In this document: positions 1-13,573 of the stretch, one piece after another
How the letters are laid out: each line of letters begins with the position of its first letter
Numbering within the stretch: the first letter of the stretch is position 1
Source of the DNA: Octopus vulgaris
Lineage: Eukaryota
DNA: 64,000 nucleotides
Assembly (NCBI GenBank): GCA_951406725.2
Contig: OX597816.1
Coordinates: 172,360,001 to 172,424,000 of the forward strand
Direction: 5' to 3'
Translations under genes and position numbers: made by a program
Notes under the pieces: generated by a model
The model's input: only the letters and a program-made list of their open reading frames with translations
The model's database searches: none
Told to the model about the DNA's origin: nothing

Positions 1-203
1 TTGTTCCCCTAGCATTGCTTGACAACTGATGCTGGTGTGTTTACGTCCCCGTTACTTAGCGGTTCGGCAAAAGTGACCGACAGAATAAGTACTGGGCTTA
101 CAAAAGAATAAGTTCCGGGGTCGAGTTGCTCGACTAAAGGCGGTGCTCCAGCATGACCGCAGTCAAATGACTGAAACAAGTAAAAGAGAGTAGAGAGTAA
201 AGA
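1..203 (+). mobile_element. tRNA-derived SINE family A, 3' half (cut by window edge)
   Basis: Matches the 3' half of family A, ending GACTGAAACAAGTAAAAGAG. Confidence 0.9.
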
Positions 204-560
204 GTATGTATGCATGTAGGTGTATGCTTGAGATAACCTGTACTTAATTGTACTCATCTCTAGCTCTACCATCATCTTCTCCCACACTAACCATTATCCT
301 CTTCACCTTTAACACAACAATCACCATCACAACCACACAAGCCAATGCCCTCTTTACTATCACTGCTCCACTTTAGCATACCCCTTATTACAATTACTTT
401 CATCATCATCATCAATATAATCCTCCTCCTCCTCCTCGCTGCCACCATTATCATCATCATCGCTCTGTCATTGTCTTCCCCAACACAAACCTCTCTGTCA
501 TCTGACCTACTACCTGGTTCTTATTGATCTGGTTATCTTTCCGACTATATCCCTATCAAT

Positions 561-972
561 ACTCTTTACTCTTTTATTCTCTTTTACTTGTTTCAGTCAT
601 TTGACTGCGGCCATGCTGGAGCACTGCCTTTAGTCGAGCAAATCGACCCCGGGACTTATTCTTTGTAAGCCCAATACTTATTCTATCGGTCTCTTTTGCC
701 GAACCGCTAATTGACGGGGACGTAAACACACCAGCATCGGTTGTCAAGCAATGCTAGGGGGACAAACACAAACACACAAACACACACACACACATATATA
801 CATATATACGACAGGCTTCTTTCAGTTTCCGTCTACCAAATCCACTCACAAGGCATTGGTCGGCCCAGGGCTATAGCAGAAGACACTTGCCCAAGATGCC
901 ACGCAGTGGGACTGAACCCGGAACCATGTGGTTGGTTAGCTAGCTACTTACCACACAGTCACTCCTGAGCCT
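561..972 (-). mobile_element. SINE family A, full length
   Basis: tRNA-like head with A box (TGGCTGTGTGG consensus) and B box (GGTTCAGTCCC), CORE-like CTTGGGCAAGT, internal (TA)n(TG)n, tail (GTAAAAGA)n. Confidence 0.92.
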
Positions 973-1147
973 ATAAGGAAAATTAGTAATATAATTAATA
1001 AACATATTACTTAATTAGTCCTCAATATATCTTCAGATGAAAGAAAATGTGTTTATGCTTTCATCATACACACACGCACATACACATCTTCACTTATTCA
1101 CTTAGACATGTTGTTAACACAGACACACTTTAGTACGTAAGTATTAC

Positions 1148-1254
1148 CTGATCTTGAATGTTCCGTAAGTGATTGAAAAGGTTATCCATTGTACGAGGAG
1201 GCAAATCACAATTCCTGTAATCACCCCATTTTCCAGCACCATCTTCTGCTTTTG
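1148..1254 (-). CDS. SMPD1: Acid sphingomyelinase-like, coding exon 4
   Basis: Phase-1 continuation (A)KAEDGAGKWGDYRNCDLPPRTMDNLFNHLRNIQDQ contains the AGxWGxYxxCDLP signature. CTTTCTATAG| acceptor, CAG|GTAAT donor. Downstream exons lie beyond the left edge. Confidence 0.95.
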
Positions 1255-1404
1255 CTATAGAAAGAGTATTTAACATTAATCAGTAGATGCAAAATATACT
1301 AAACATTAAAGTAATTATTTAATGTTAGTAACTAATCTATTTAACAGTATATATAATCCACTTTATATACTGTCATTATAAAATGAGAGTATATAAAATG
1401 TCAA

Positions 1405-1624
1405 CCCTTTTGTTACTGTATTTATTTTGAAATGCTCTGTATTTCTTTCAATTACTTTAAATATAACAAAGAATTTAGTAAAATAACTTAGTTACCATTA
1501 AGGTAGTGTTCAGAACATAAACTGTGACTAAGTTTTGGTGTAATATTTTAATTCAAAATTTATGAAAACAAGACATTTGTACTCAGAGCCAGAGCCAGTT
1601 TCAGCAGGGTTGGTAACAAAAGGG
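1405..1624. mobile_element. piggyBac-type MITE (220 bp)
   Basis: TIR CCCTTTTGTTAC...GTAACAAAAGGG flanked by TCAA/TTAA. Four copies in the window. Confidence 0.85.
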
Positions 1625-1962
1625 TTAAATATCAGACTATGTTAATGGCCGGTTGGTACTGTTGACACTGCTCACTCACAATAGCTTCTAAGCTCTGTAG
1701 AAAAAAACAAACAAACAAACATAAAAGTTTTTTTACCCTTTTTATTCTGGAAGATTAGTTAGCTACAGCCAAACAAAAGCCTGGAAACATATGAAGTTAT
1801 AATGCCATAAATATGACATACGTAAACACAAAGGTCTCAGTAATTGGAAGGGGATTATGTTAATGACTTATATGTTTACACCGATATGACACCACTGATT
1901 TGTTCATGAGGAATAGAGTTAATTAAATTTATAGGAGTGTATTTGCTAACTACATCTTTCTT

Positions 1963-2391
1963 TGCCGGCCTCTGTGCCGGTGGCACGTAAAAGCAACATC
2001 TGTTTGTGTCCGTTGCCAGCCTCGCCTGGCCCCCATGCCGGTGGCACGTAAAAGCACCATCCGTTCGCGTCCGTTGCCAGCCCCGCCTAGCCCCCGTGCC
2101 GGTGGCACATAAAAAGCACCATCCGTTCGTGGCCGTTGCCAGCCTCGCCTGGCCCCCATGCCGGTGGCACGTAAAAAGCACCATCCGTCCTTGGCCGTTT
2201 GCCAGCTCCGTCTGGCACCTGTGCGGGTGGCACGTAAAAAGCACCCACTACACTCATGGAGTGGTTGGCGTTAGGAAGGGCATCCAGCTGTAGAAACACT
2301 GCCAGATCAGACTGGGCCTGATGCAGCTTTCTGGCTTCACAGACCCCAGTTGAACTGTCCAACCCATGCTAGCATGGAAAGCGGATGCTAA

Positions 2392-2425
<34 letters not shown>
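1963..2425 (+). mobile_element. 5'-truncated RTE LINE 3' UTR with ~5 tandem ~60-bp units and (GAT)n tail
   Basis: Repeated GCCGGTGGCACGTAAAAAGCACC units, then GTTAGGAAGGGCATCCAGCTG...(GAT)n. Same tail as the LINE at 16555-18125. Confidence 0.85.
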
Positions 2426-2427
<2 letters not shown>

Positions 2428-2839
2428 AGACACACCACATCTAATTCTTAGCTACTCTCTTTCTTCATATTAAGTATGGCAGCATCGTACATAGTGGTAG
2501 AGTTCTGATAACTACAACTTTTTAAAGCTTCTCAATTCTAGGTTTGTCTGTTTCTTTGTCTGGAATTTCTTGTCTACTTCTACAACAAACTAATCTACAA
2601 GAGCTGGGCCATACTGGAGTCTCCATAGATAATCTCTCAAACTTCTCTGTTGTAGCTTGGAGAACTATGATAAAAAGAAGGTGGCTTAAAACTATGCTGT
2701 AATGAACACTTACCTGCAAGCTACATTCCACACTAAAATCACTGTTAATTCTCATCTTTCTAACAATCTTTGCCCATGGCTTGCATGGGTCTCACAAACC
2801 ATCCATCTACATCTAGTCTTCTTAGGAACTGTTAACTTA

Positions 2840-3250
2840 AGGCGCAGGAGTGACTTTGTGGTAAGTAGCTTGCTAACCGACCACATGGTTCCGGGTTCAG
2901 TCCCACTGCGTGGCATCTTGGGCAAGTGTCTTCTGCTATAGCCCCGGGCCGACCAATGCCTTGTGAGTGGATTTGGTAGACGGAAACTGAAAGAAGCCTG
3001 TCGTATATATGTATATATATATGTGTGTGTGTGTGTGTTTGTGTGTTAATGTTTGTCCCCCTAGCATTGCTTGACAACCGATGCTGGTGTGTTTACGTCC
3101 CCGTCAATTAGCGGTTCAGCAAAAGAGACCGATAGAATAAGTACTGGGCTTACAAAGAATAAGTCCCGGGGTCGATTTGCTTGACTAAAGGCGGTGCTCC
3201 AGCATGGCCGTAGTCAAATGACTGAAACAAGTAAAAGAGTAAAAAGAGAG
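2840..3250 (+). mobile_element. SINE family A, full length
   Basis: Near-identical to other family A copies. Confidence 0.92.
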
Positions 3251-3727
3251 TTATGAGCATGAAGCTCTAAAGAGACCTTCTCCAGATCAGTGAATGTTAG
3301 GTATAGTGGCTTGTTCTGAGCTAAAAACTAGGAAGAGAGCATAAGATGTGCCCCATCCTGGCATGCCATCTCAAATGGTATCTCATCTAAGAATTCATGC
3401 CCTAATTAATTGTGCTGTGTAACTGTTTCTGTTACTTTAATCAATGAATTTGATACCTTTATAATTGCTTCTTTTTTAAGCATTTGCTTTGTTCTTGTTG
3501 CAATTGATGATAATATTACTACGTTAGTCACTGGTGATAATACTGCTTGAAACTGAAACTGACTGGCTTATTTCACCAAATATTTTCGTTATTTCAGCAA
3601 CAGTCCATGTTGGAACAGTAGTTGCCTTCATATCCTTCATCATTATTTTCACCTTAAGTTTCAATAGTTGGCACCTTTGTTGGGTCTCATAGAAGCAGTC
3701 ACCCTCCTCTGTATTCTCCTTATTTAA

Positions 3728-3947
3728 CCCTTTTGTTACCAGCCCAGCTGAAACCGGCTCTGGCTCTGAGTACAAATGTCTTGTTTTCATAAGTTTTGAA
3801 TTAAAATCTTCCACCAAACCTTAGTCAGAATTTATGTTCCTAACACCAGCTGAATGATAACTAAGTTATTTTACTAAATTCTTTGTTATATTTAAAGTAA
3901 TTGAAAGAAACACAGAACATCTCAAAATAAATACAGTAACGAAAGGG
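3728..3947. mobile_element. piggyBac-type MITE
   Basis: TTAA-CCCTTTTGTTAC...GTAACGAAAGGG-TTAA. Confidence 0.9.
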
Positions 3948-4029
3948 TTAAAATCTCTTGTAATATTTCCATGCCTCTTCCTTTTCAGCATCAGTGAGAG
4001 CAAGTGCTTTCCTGCATGTGCATGTGTGT

Positions 4030-4333
<304 letters not shown>

Positions 4334-4635
4334 GTAAAGGTAATTAAAATCTAAACTGAAGCACAACTGCAAACATTGCTTATCAACTGTATATCCGTAG
4401 GTGGTTTATCTTAAGAAGGAAACTATCTGGATAGGCTGAAATTTCAGGTCAAGGAGATCGGTCACAGAGAATGAATACATTGGAATCATATCATCTTTAA
4501 TTCCGTAGTCACAACTGTTTTAATACAAGATGGGAAATCCATAATATTACAATAAAATATATACATACATTTTTTCAAGTGGCCATGTGTATTTCTGCAG
4601 AATAAGTCTCAAAAACAATATTATGTATGTGTGTG

Positions 4636-4664
<29 letters not shown>

Positions 4665-4666
<2 letters not shown>

Positions 4667-5822
4667 GAAACAGAAAATGGGACAAGAACGCAAAACATCC
4701 AGGCAGTTAGGTGATACAAAAAAGGGACAACAAAACATCCAGATAGACGATACAAAGAAAACAAGGACGGATCATTCGGAGTTTTCATTCCTCAGTCAAG
4801 TTCCAGATTATCTTTGCAATTTCGGCTGGTTATACTCGAGATTGCTCCAATCTGGCCAGCCCCAAGGAAAAATTAAGCTAAGAGCATTAGATTCCTTGGA
4901 AGAAAGCAGTGAATGTATATGAAAACAAAGATGTTGTCCCTCTTTTGTATCACCTAACTGTCTGGATGTTTTGCATTCTTGTTCCATTTTATATATTTTA
5001 TATATAAAACATATAGCAGCATACGCACACTTTGGTCTCTTGTATGTAAGTATATATTCATCTAAATCTTGTAAGACTCTATTCTTTCTTTTATTCTTTC
5101 CTTCTTTCTGTCAGCCCTTTCACGCTTACTTCATTCATTCCACTCTTTGTTCTTTCGTTCCCCCTCTCTCACATTTCCTTGCCTTCTCTTCATGCTCACT
5201 TTCCCTCCTCTTTTCACTTTACTGTTCCTAGCATTTTTTCTCACCCCTCCTTCTTTCTTCTGTCCCCTCTGCCTCTACCTCTCTCTCTTCTCTCCCCACA
5301 TGACCAGTGTTTTTGGCCAAGCCTGACCTTTCTTTCTTGGTTCAGCTGCTGTCCATGCAACATCTATATTCCTCCCTGTGTCTGTGAAATCTTGTATCCA
5401 TGCCGTAAGGCTTTACTTCCACACATGCCAGCTTGATTTAATTCATCCTTAGTCAAAAGACACCTATTGTTATGTCCAGTTATTTGTATTTGTGTAACAT
5501 TCTCCATTTTTTTTTCCGTCCTTGTTTTCATATACATTCGCTGCTTTCTTCCAAGGAATCTAATGCTCTTAGCTTAGTTTTTCCTCGGGGCTGGCCAGAT
5601 TGGAGCAATCTCGGGTATAACTAGCTGAAATTACAAAGATAATCTGGAACTCGACTGAGGAAAGAAAACTCCGAATGACCCACGCTTGTTTTCTTTGTAT
5701 CGTCTATCTGGATGTTTTGTCCCTTTTTTGTATCACCTAACTGTCTGGATATTTTGCGTTCTTGTCCCATTTTGTATTTTTTATATATAAAACATATAGC
5801 AGCGTATGTACACTTTGGCCCA
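4665..5822. mobile_element. Unclassified repeat in inverted + tandem arrangement (Penelope-like terminal repeats?)
   Basis: 4670-4930 is the reverse complement of ~5510-5785, and 4935-5040 repeats 5720-5820. Related copies at 11570-11820 and 56520-56695. Confidence 0.55.
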
Positions 5823-6648
5823 TTTTGTTTTAGAGTGTCAGCCGTAAATATCTCTCCACTCAGTAATAATATCCTATCATTTTCTTTATAATCCCTCGAT
5901 TAATTTTTGGAAAATCTTGTTTATTCTCTTTGGTCATGATTTCTCCTCTAGCTTGCTTTCTCATTCTGGTTTGAGCAAAATATTCTTGCCTGTCATTTTC
6001 CTTCAGATTTTGTTTTCTTTCTTGATTGACAATTCTCATTCTTTCCCCGTCGCTATTATTTCATATACAACCCCCTCTAGCTTCATTTATTTGATTAATT
6101 TCATTCCTTTCCTCCTGAATTAATTCTTCTTGTCATTACTGATTCTCCTTTCATTATTAAAAATCCTTATTTCTTCTTCTTGTGCTTTTTCCAATCTTTC
6201 CCTGTATCTTCTCTACCCCTCTTGATTGAATTCTCACTATCATGCTCTATGGTCACTGTCCGACATAACATACAGAACTCTGTTTTGGTAATAAAATATA
6301 TTAAGAAGCACTTGATATTATATAGATGGTAATATCCATATTCAGCATATATTGCTTCACATTTTTTATAAAGGAAATTACAAACATGGTTATTAATATA
6401 TAATTGGAAAATCTTTGTATCTAGGATTTACTGTTACACACATTTTACAAAGAAAATTAGAAATACAGATATTAATATACAGATTTTACAAAGGAAATTA
6501 GGAACAAAGTTATCAATATAGACATAATAGAATAGCTAGATGATCAATTCTTGAGTAAATAGTGGGAAAGAGAGAAAATCAAACAAATGCAACTGGTATG
6601 TGCAGTTATACACATATAAACGTTAATGATACACATACACATATCCCC

Positions 6649-6692
<44 letters not shown>

Positions 6693-7081
6693 TACAACTA
6701 ATTATCATTTGTGTATGTGTATGGGCCAATAGCATTCATATGTGTGTGCTTGTGTGCCAGTAGAATTTGTCTGAATCACTTGCTATTACACACAATTTTA
6801 CAACTCCCTTCCCATACTGAGTCAGATTTGTTTTTTTACATCACAGGAATCTATCATTAGCACTTTAATATAATAGATTGCATGTGCACATATACACATA
6901 CCCCACTCTCTCAAACACACATACATACAAACAGCTAATAGTTATCTGAATGTGTGTGAGTGTGTGTAAATGTGCACATGCCAGTATCATTAATTTGAAT
7001 CTCTCTCTATTGCAAACATACTTTTACCAGCCATTTTCCTAAGCATGAAATATTATTTTACACTACAAGAATCTATCATTT

Positions 7082-7129
<48 letters not shown>

Positions 7130-7717
7130 GCATACTGTAAATAAGACAATGACCAAAGTAGTTAAGCAATAGAATAAGTGATAAAATTAGAACTAAACAT
7201 CAATAAAAGCAAAATATTATCAATACTATCTAATGGACAAAGAAACCAAATTTGCTTGTTTGTTTGTATGTATGTATGTATGTATGCATGCATCCATGCA
7301 TGTATGTATGTGTGTATGTATGTATGTATGTATGTATGTATGTATGCATGTATGTATGTAAGTGTGCATGCATGTGTGTGAATGGATGGATATGTGAATG
7401 CATACATGTATACATTAAATTTTGATTTCTTTGTCTGTTAGATAGTATTGATTATATTTTGCTGCATGAGTGCATGTATATATGTATCTCACATGCTTAC
7501 ACCTACAGATGTGCATACATGGACATAGAAATTGAGTTTCTGCAACTGTAAAAAAACTCAACACATGTATTTACAACTAAGATTTTAATATAATTGTTAT
7601 TAGACATTTGAGAAAGAACACAGTGTATTGTTTCAGCTGTTTTAGCTGTAGTATTCTATCTTCAGAAGTTAATTTGTCAACCACTTAGCATGAACAGGAT
7701 AGGCTATTCTACTAATG

Positions 7718-7826
7718 CAGTGGTTCTCAAACTTTTCAAAAAACTTTACATGCCAGCCCCACTTACAGTTTTTTCGATGATTTACAGTCCCCTAGGGGAC
7801 CGTGGACCCCTGTTTGAGAAACGCTG
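7718..7826. mobile_element. hAT (Charlie-like) MITE
   Basis: TIR CAGTGGTTCTCAAAC / GTTTGAGAAACGCTG with perfect 8-bp TSD TACTAATG. Confidence 0.85.
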
Positions 7827-7996
7827 TACTAATGTCTAATATAGTGAAGCACCTAAATTGAGAGGAAGGACAGTTGATCAGTTTGCCAGTGATAGACAAA
7901 TGGTTTAAGTTTTATCAGTGTGATTGTGGTTACTTTTGTCTCAAAATGATGATTATGATGTCTAATATAAAAGGAAAGCACTAAAACTGTTCTTAC

Positions 7997-8120
7997 CTGG
8001 AAGCCCATTAGATTTACGACAGCAAAGAGGTTCTCCACACTTAGCATTGGCCCCTTTTTGATACATTGTGTCGAGATGAATATCTGTGAGATGAAGACAT
8101 CGTAGTTTGGGTGCCCCTGA
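7997..8120 (-). CDS. SMPD1: Acid sphingomyelinase-like, coding exon 3 (metallophosphoesterase motif I)
   Basis: SGAPKLRCLHLTDIHLDTMYQKGANAKCGEPLCCRKSNGLP contains the DxH metal motif and the CxEPLCCR signature. TTGCAG| acceptor, CAG|GTAAG donor, phase 0/1. Confidence 0.95.
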
Positions 8121-8274
8121 CTGCAATAACATGGATATAAAAAGATTTTCATTTAAGGTAGAGTGTATGAGGTACATGTATAAGTTTCACTGCAGCTGAA
8201 ATATGGTTAATGAATGTAGGAGATCTGCAGCAATCTATCATATTTTATATTATATAATATTCTTCTTATAATAT

Positions 8275-8683
8275 CTCTTTACTCTCTCTTTTACTTGTTT
8301 CAATCATTTGATTGCGGCCATGCTGGAGCATCGCCTTTAATCGAGCAACTTGACCCCGGGACTTATTCTTTTGTAAGCCCAGTACTTATTCTATCGGTCT
8401 CTTTTGCCAAACCGCTAAGTAACAGGGACATAAACACACCAGCATCGGTTGTCAAGCAATGCTAGGGGGACAAACACAGACACACAAACACACACATGCA
8501 TATATATATATACATATATATGATGGGCTTCTTTCAGTTTCCAGCCACCAAATCCACTCACAAGGCTTTGGTCGGCCCGAGGCTATAGTAGAAGACACTT
8601 GCCCAAGATGCCACGCAGTGGGACTGAACCCAGAACCATGTGGTTGGTAAGCAAGCTACTTACCACACAGCCACTCCTGCACC
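8275..8683 (-). mobile_element. SINE family A
   Basis: Family A consensus. Confidence 0.92.
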
Positions 8684-9129
8684 TATCACAGTATTTTTTT
8701 ATTTATTAGTGTGTTATTTTTAAAATGTTTAGTTTTGAAAAAGATTCACTAAGTACATGTGAGCTTAAGAAAATAGAAAGGAACCAAAAGATGACTTCAA
8801 TCATTCTCTTCTAATTTATCAATCCTGTTATTTCCTCCCTTTCCCAATTCTCATGTATGTTGGTTAATGTGCTACAGTTAAAGACAAGCACCAACTACAT
8901 CAATCTAGGAGAGACAATATTTTGAAAAGTTACTTAAAGCCGATTGGACAGGGAGTTCTTTGTTAGTCTGTATTTCCATTACATCTCTTGTGTGCCCATA
9001 GCTTTACATTGGGTACAATGTATGGAGTTTTCTACCAACTCATTTTCTGCATATCAAGCAAAAGTCCTTTCCTTCAAGATACTAGAGTCCTAGCAAAAGT
9101 CCTTTCCTTCAAGATACTAGAGTCCTATC

Positions 9130-9340
9130 TTCATTCCTACTTACCAAAACTTTTGTCTTTGTTAAGTTTAACCCAAAGACATCTTGACTCTAGGTTTAGT
9201 TTCCAAGCCTGAAACTTTCTAATTCCATTGTAGATTCAGCTACGAGAATTAAATCATCAGCATATAAGAATGGATGTTCAATCTGTAAGTCCACTGTGAT
9301 GGCCACTAGGACTATGATGAATAGGAGAGGATTGAGTACT
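9130..9340 (-). mobile_element. Old RTE LINE RT fragment
   Basis: Reads LYADDLILVAES...KTKVL on the minus strand with frameshifts. Confidence 0.6.
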
Positions 9341-9740
9341 GAGTTTCATTTCAATATCTGCCCCTCTCTCCTCTTATCATAATTATTTCTTTTTATCAGT
9401 TCTATAGCCTCCACCATCTCTGATTAATTATGTCCTTCTGCAACACACCCAACAATAATGCCACTTTTCACAACAATACGACCCATCCCATCCTTTCCCA
9501 TCCATCTCACAATCCCCTGGTCACTCACCCCTCCTCCTCCTCTCAGCTTTGCCTCTCCTGTCTCTTTTTGTTCTTCCTCTGCTTCACAACTCCCTCTGAA
9601 CCACCTACTTCTATTTGTCTTCTTCTTCACCCAATCTACCCTTAAATTCCCTGCATTATGATCTGAACTACTAGATGCCAATCTCTCCACCCTCAAGACG
9701 GAGACCGGATTTATGGTAACATTTATTTGTATCCATTACT

Positions 9741-10149
9741 ACTCTTTACTCTTTTACTTGTTTCAGTCATTTGACTGCGGCCATGCTGGAGCACCGCCTT
9801 TAGTCGAGCAAATCGATCCCGGGACTTATTCTTTGTAAGCCCAGTACTTATTCTATCGGTCTCTTCTTGCCGATTCGCTAAGTGACGGGGACGTAAACAC
9901 ACCAGCATCGGTTGTCAAGCAATGCTAGGGGGACAAACACAGACACACAAACACACACATACATATATATACATATACATATATACGACAGGCTTCTTTC
10001 AGTTTCCGTCTACCAAATCCACTCACAAGGCATTGGTCGGCCCGGGGCTATAGCAGAAGACACTTGCCCAAGATGTCACACAGTGGGACTGAACCCGGAA
10101 CCATGTGGTTGGCAAACAAGCTACTTACCACACAGCCACTCCTGCGCCT
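9741..10149 (-). mobile_element. SINE family A
   Basis: Family A consensus; possible short TSD ATTACT. Confidence 0.92.
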
Positions 10150-10391
10150 ATTACTGGTTGCATATTCTTAACTTTTTTGTGAACTACATCTGCGAGCATT
10201 GCAACAATTATGTAATTTTCAGCCTCCAGAAACAGGTGTCGGACCTGAAACACTATGTCCCCTCTCCTTCATTTTCTGTATTTTTTTGTACTCTATGTAA
10301 ATCTCTTCTGTAAATATATAAATATCTATATGCTTACACATGAATGTTCATGTCCAACTTTTTTTTCTCTACATATATTTACATATATATT

Positions 10392-10773
10392 CTTTTACTT
10401 GTTTCAATCATTTGACTGCAGCCATGCTGAAACACTGCCTTTTAGTCAAAGAATTCGATCCCAGGACTTATTCTTTGTAAGCCTAGTACTTATCCTATCG
10501 GTCATTTTTGTTGAACCACTAAGTTACAGGGACGTAAACACACCAACATCGGTTGTCAAGCGATGGGGTGGGAACAAACACAGACACAAAGACACACACA
10601 CACACATATATATGACAGGCTTCTTTCAGTTTCCATCTACCAAATCCACTCGCAAGGCTTTGGTCAGCCCGAGGCTAAAGTAGAAGACACTTGTCTAAGG
10701 TACCATGCAATGGGACTGAACCCAGAACCATGTGGTTGGGAAGCAAGCTTCATACCAGACAGCTACACCTGCG

Positions 10774-10776
<3 letters not shown>
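10392..10776 (-). mobile_element. SINE family A, older copy
   Basis: Diverged family A sequence. Confidence 0.85.
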
Positions 10777-10811
<35 letters not shown>

Positions 10812-10814
<3 letters not shown>

Positions 10815-11395
10815 TCATCATCATTTAACGTCTGCTTTCCATGCTAGCATGGGTTGGACGGTTCAACTGGGGTCTGGGGAGCCCGAAGGCTGCACCAGGC
10901 CAGTCAGATCTGGCAGTGTTTCTACAGCTGGATGCCCTTCCTAACGCCAACCACTCCGAGAGAGTGTAGTGGGTGATTTTATGTGCCACCGACACAGGTG
11001 CCAGACGAGGCTGGCAGACGGCCACGCTCGGATGGTGTTTTTATGTGCCACCGACACAGGTGCCAGATGAGGCTGGCGAACGGCCACGATCGGATGGTGT
11101 TTGTTACGTGCCCACAGCACGGAGGCCAGTCGATGCGGTACTGGCTACGGCCACGTTCGGATGGTTTTCTTGTGTGTCACCGGCACTGGTACCACAAAGA
11201 TACAAATTCCATTTATGTTCATCTATTTTGACTTGTTTTGATTTTCACTTGCCTCAACAGGTCTTCACGAGTGTCACAAGAAGGAAGGTATGCACAGGTG
11301 GACTGACTACGTCCCAGGTAGGGGCCACGGGTTATGGCCTGACTAGTCTTGCCGGGTCTTCGGATGGTGTTTTTATGTGCCACCGATACAGAAGC
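10812..11395 (-). mobile_element. RTE LINE 3' UTR fragment with tandem units
   Basis: (ATC)n tail at the left, GGATGCCCTTCCTAAC motif, repeated TGTGCCACCG units. Confidence 0.8.
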
Positions 11396-12619
11396 TGAAG
11401 CATGTTTATTTGTTTATTTGCATCATTATCTCCCCCCCTCTCTCTCTCAATCTATCTATATATATATATATATATTTTCCAAATACACCAGCTAAGCTAA
11501 GTTGAACTGTCTAAAGTCGAAAGACGCCTGTTGTGTTTGTCCTGTTATTATTATTATTGTTTTTTGTATTTATATTCGTGTGGCATCATCCGTTTTTCTC
11601 TCCTTGTTTCGTATACATTCGATCCTTTTTCCAGGAAATCTATGCTCGTAGCTTAGTTTTTCCTTGGGGCTGGCCGGATTGGAGCAATCTCAAGATTAAT
11701 CAGCTGAAATTGCGAGGATGATCCGGTTCTTGACTGAAGATTAGCGGCTTTGAATGACCCGTCCATTTTTTTTGTGTCGTCTATTTGAACGTTTTGCGTT
11801 CTTGTCCCATTTTATATTTTTATATATATATTTTATACATATAAATATACATGTTTATACACACACCCACAGATAAACAGACACATAGATTTATATCGAG
11901 TAAGGTAGAAAGACAGACAGACACACGAATAAGTGAGCGACAGGAAAGGTGGAAAGTGGGGAGACTGCCTGATAGACATATATGGAAAGGGGAGATAACA
12001 CTGATAAAACCCCGAGAGATTAAATGGGAAAGAGTGGAAGACAGATGTGCATAAATAAAAATGTAAATAAATGAGAGACAAATAGTATGAAAGCTGATAC
12101 AATGTCGGCTAATGAACAAAGTTTCCTGAAAATCGAAAATGTATTAACAGCAAATGGTAAAACAATCAAAATTTGCTGTTTTTTCCTCTCTTCACTGCTC
12201 TCTCACTCTTTACGCCTAATATACATGTGTGTGTGTGTGTGTGTATGAATGGAGGATATGTGTATGTATGTATGTGTGTGTGTCCATATATATATATATG
12301 TATGTATAAAACATGGCTAGGTTTCAAAAAAAGCACCACCTAAATGGGGAATTGATTCTGTAATAAATTTTCTTTTGTAGATTTGTATCATAATAGGTTT
12401 CAAACATATAATTTTGGCAAAAAAAAAATCAAGAATGAAACAGCTTCATCAGGTTACAAACTCCAAACAGAAATGAAAGGTCTAGAGAAAAAACAAAAAA
12501 GGAAACATTAATGTTTTAAAGAATCTTTCAGATGAATTGAAATCTCAGACATTCTAAAAACTAGGAGTGTTCATCATAGAAATACTTGAAAAATATGAGG
12601 AATGAGTACCAAAACAATT

Positions 12620-12996
12620 CTGGCTATGTAGTAAGAGGTTGCTTCTCAAACACATGGTTCCAGGTTCAGTCCCACTGTGTGGTACCTTGGTCAGGTGTCT
12701 TTCTTCTATTATAGCCTTGGGCTGACCAAAGACTTGTGAGTGGATTTGGTTGATGGAAACTGAAAGAAGCTTGTCGTATATGTGTGTGTGTGTGAGTGTG
12801 TGTGTTTGTCCCACACCACTGCTTGACAACCAGTATTGGTGTGTTTATATCCCCATAACTTGGCTGTTTGGCCGAAGAGACCGATAGAATAAGTATTAGG
12901 CTTAAAAAAAATCGTAGGGTCAATTTGTTCAACTAAAACCCTTCAAGGCAATGCCCCAGCATGGCCACAGTCAAATGACTGAAACAAGTAAGAGGT
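12620..12996 (+). mobile_element. SINE family A, diverged
   Basis: Degenerate family A sequence. Confidence 0.85.
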
Positions 12997-13006
12997 AAAT
13001 GATACA

Positions 13007-13361
13007 TACTCTTTTACTTGTTTCAGTCATTTGACTGCGGCCATGCTGGAGCACTGCCTTTAGTCGAGCAAATTGATCCTGGGACTTATTCTTTGTAAGC
13101 CCAGTACTTATTCTATCGGTCTCTTTTGCCGAACCGCTAAGTGACAGGGACGTAAACACACCAGCATCAGTTGTCAGGCAATACTAGGGGGACAAACACA
13201 AACACACAAACACACACACACATATATATATATATATACATATATACGACAGGCTTCTTTCAGTTTCCGTCTACCAAACCCACTCACAAGGCATTGGTCG
13301 GCCCGGGGCTATAGCAGAAGACACTTTCCCAAGATGCCATGCAGTGGGACTGAACCCGGAC
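13007..13361 (-). mobile_element. SINE family A, 5'-truncated
   Basis: Family A lacking the A-box region. Confidence 0.9.
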
Positions 13362-13573
13362 ACCTCTTTTATCATCACCCCCCCCCCCCCACCTGCCATC
13401 ACACTCGCTTCGATATTCTCTCAGCTTCAATCCTCCACTCTAGTCATTATTTCTTCTGTAATACTCTTGTTCCCTTCACCTCCTCTTGTTTGTCTGTCAT
13501 TACCTATTCTTCTCATCTTGGTCACATTGCCTTGAATGGACGATATAGAGCAGTGAGGTAGAAGGTAACCTCA

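Noticed and set aside
2010-2160. HDV-like, twister or pistol ribozyme in the tandem units
   Set aside because: CCAGCCTCGCCTGG resembles HDV only superficially; no P1/P1.1/P2 register fits. The twister GCCGGUCCCAAGCCCGG core and the pistol cleavage helices are absent.
2840-2912. SINE heads as functional tRNA genes
   Set aside because: A and B boxes are present but there is no complete cloverleaf, and each head is attached to a SINE body.
7625-7670. Further hammerhead candidates here, at 10225-10262 and at 45065-45105
   Set aside because: Core or helices are too degenerate to support a call.
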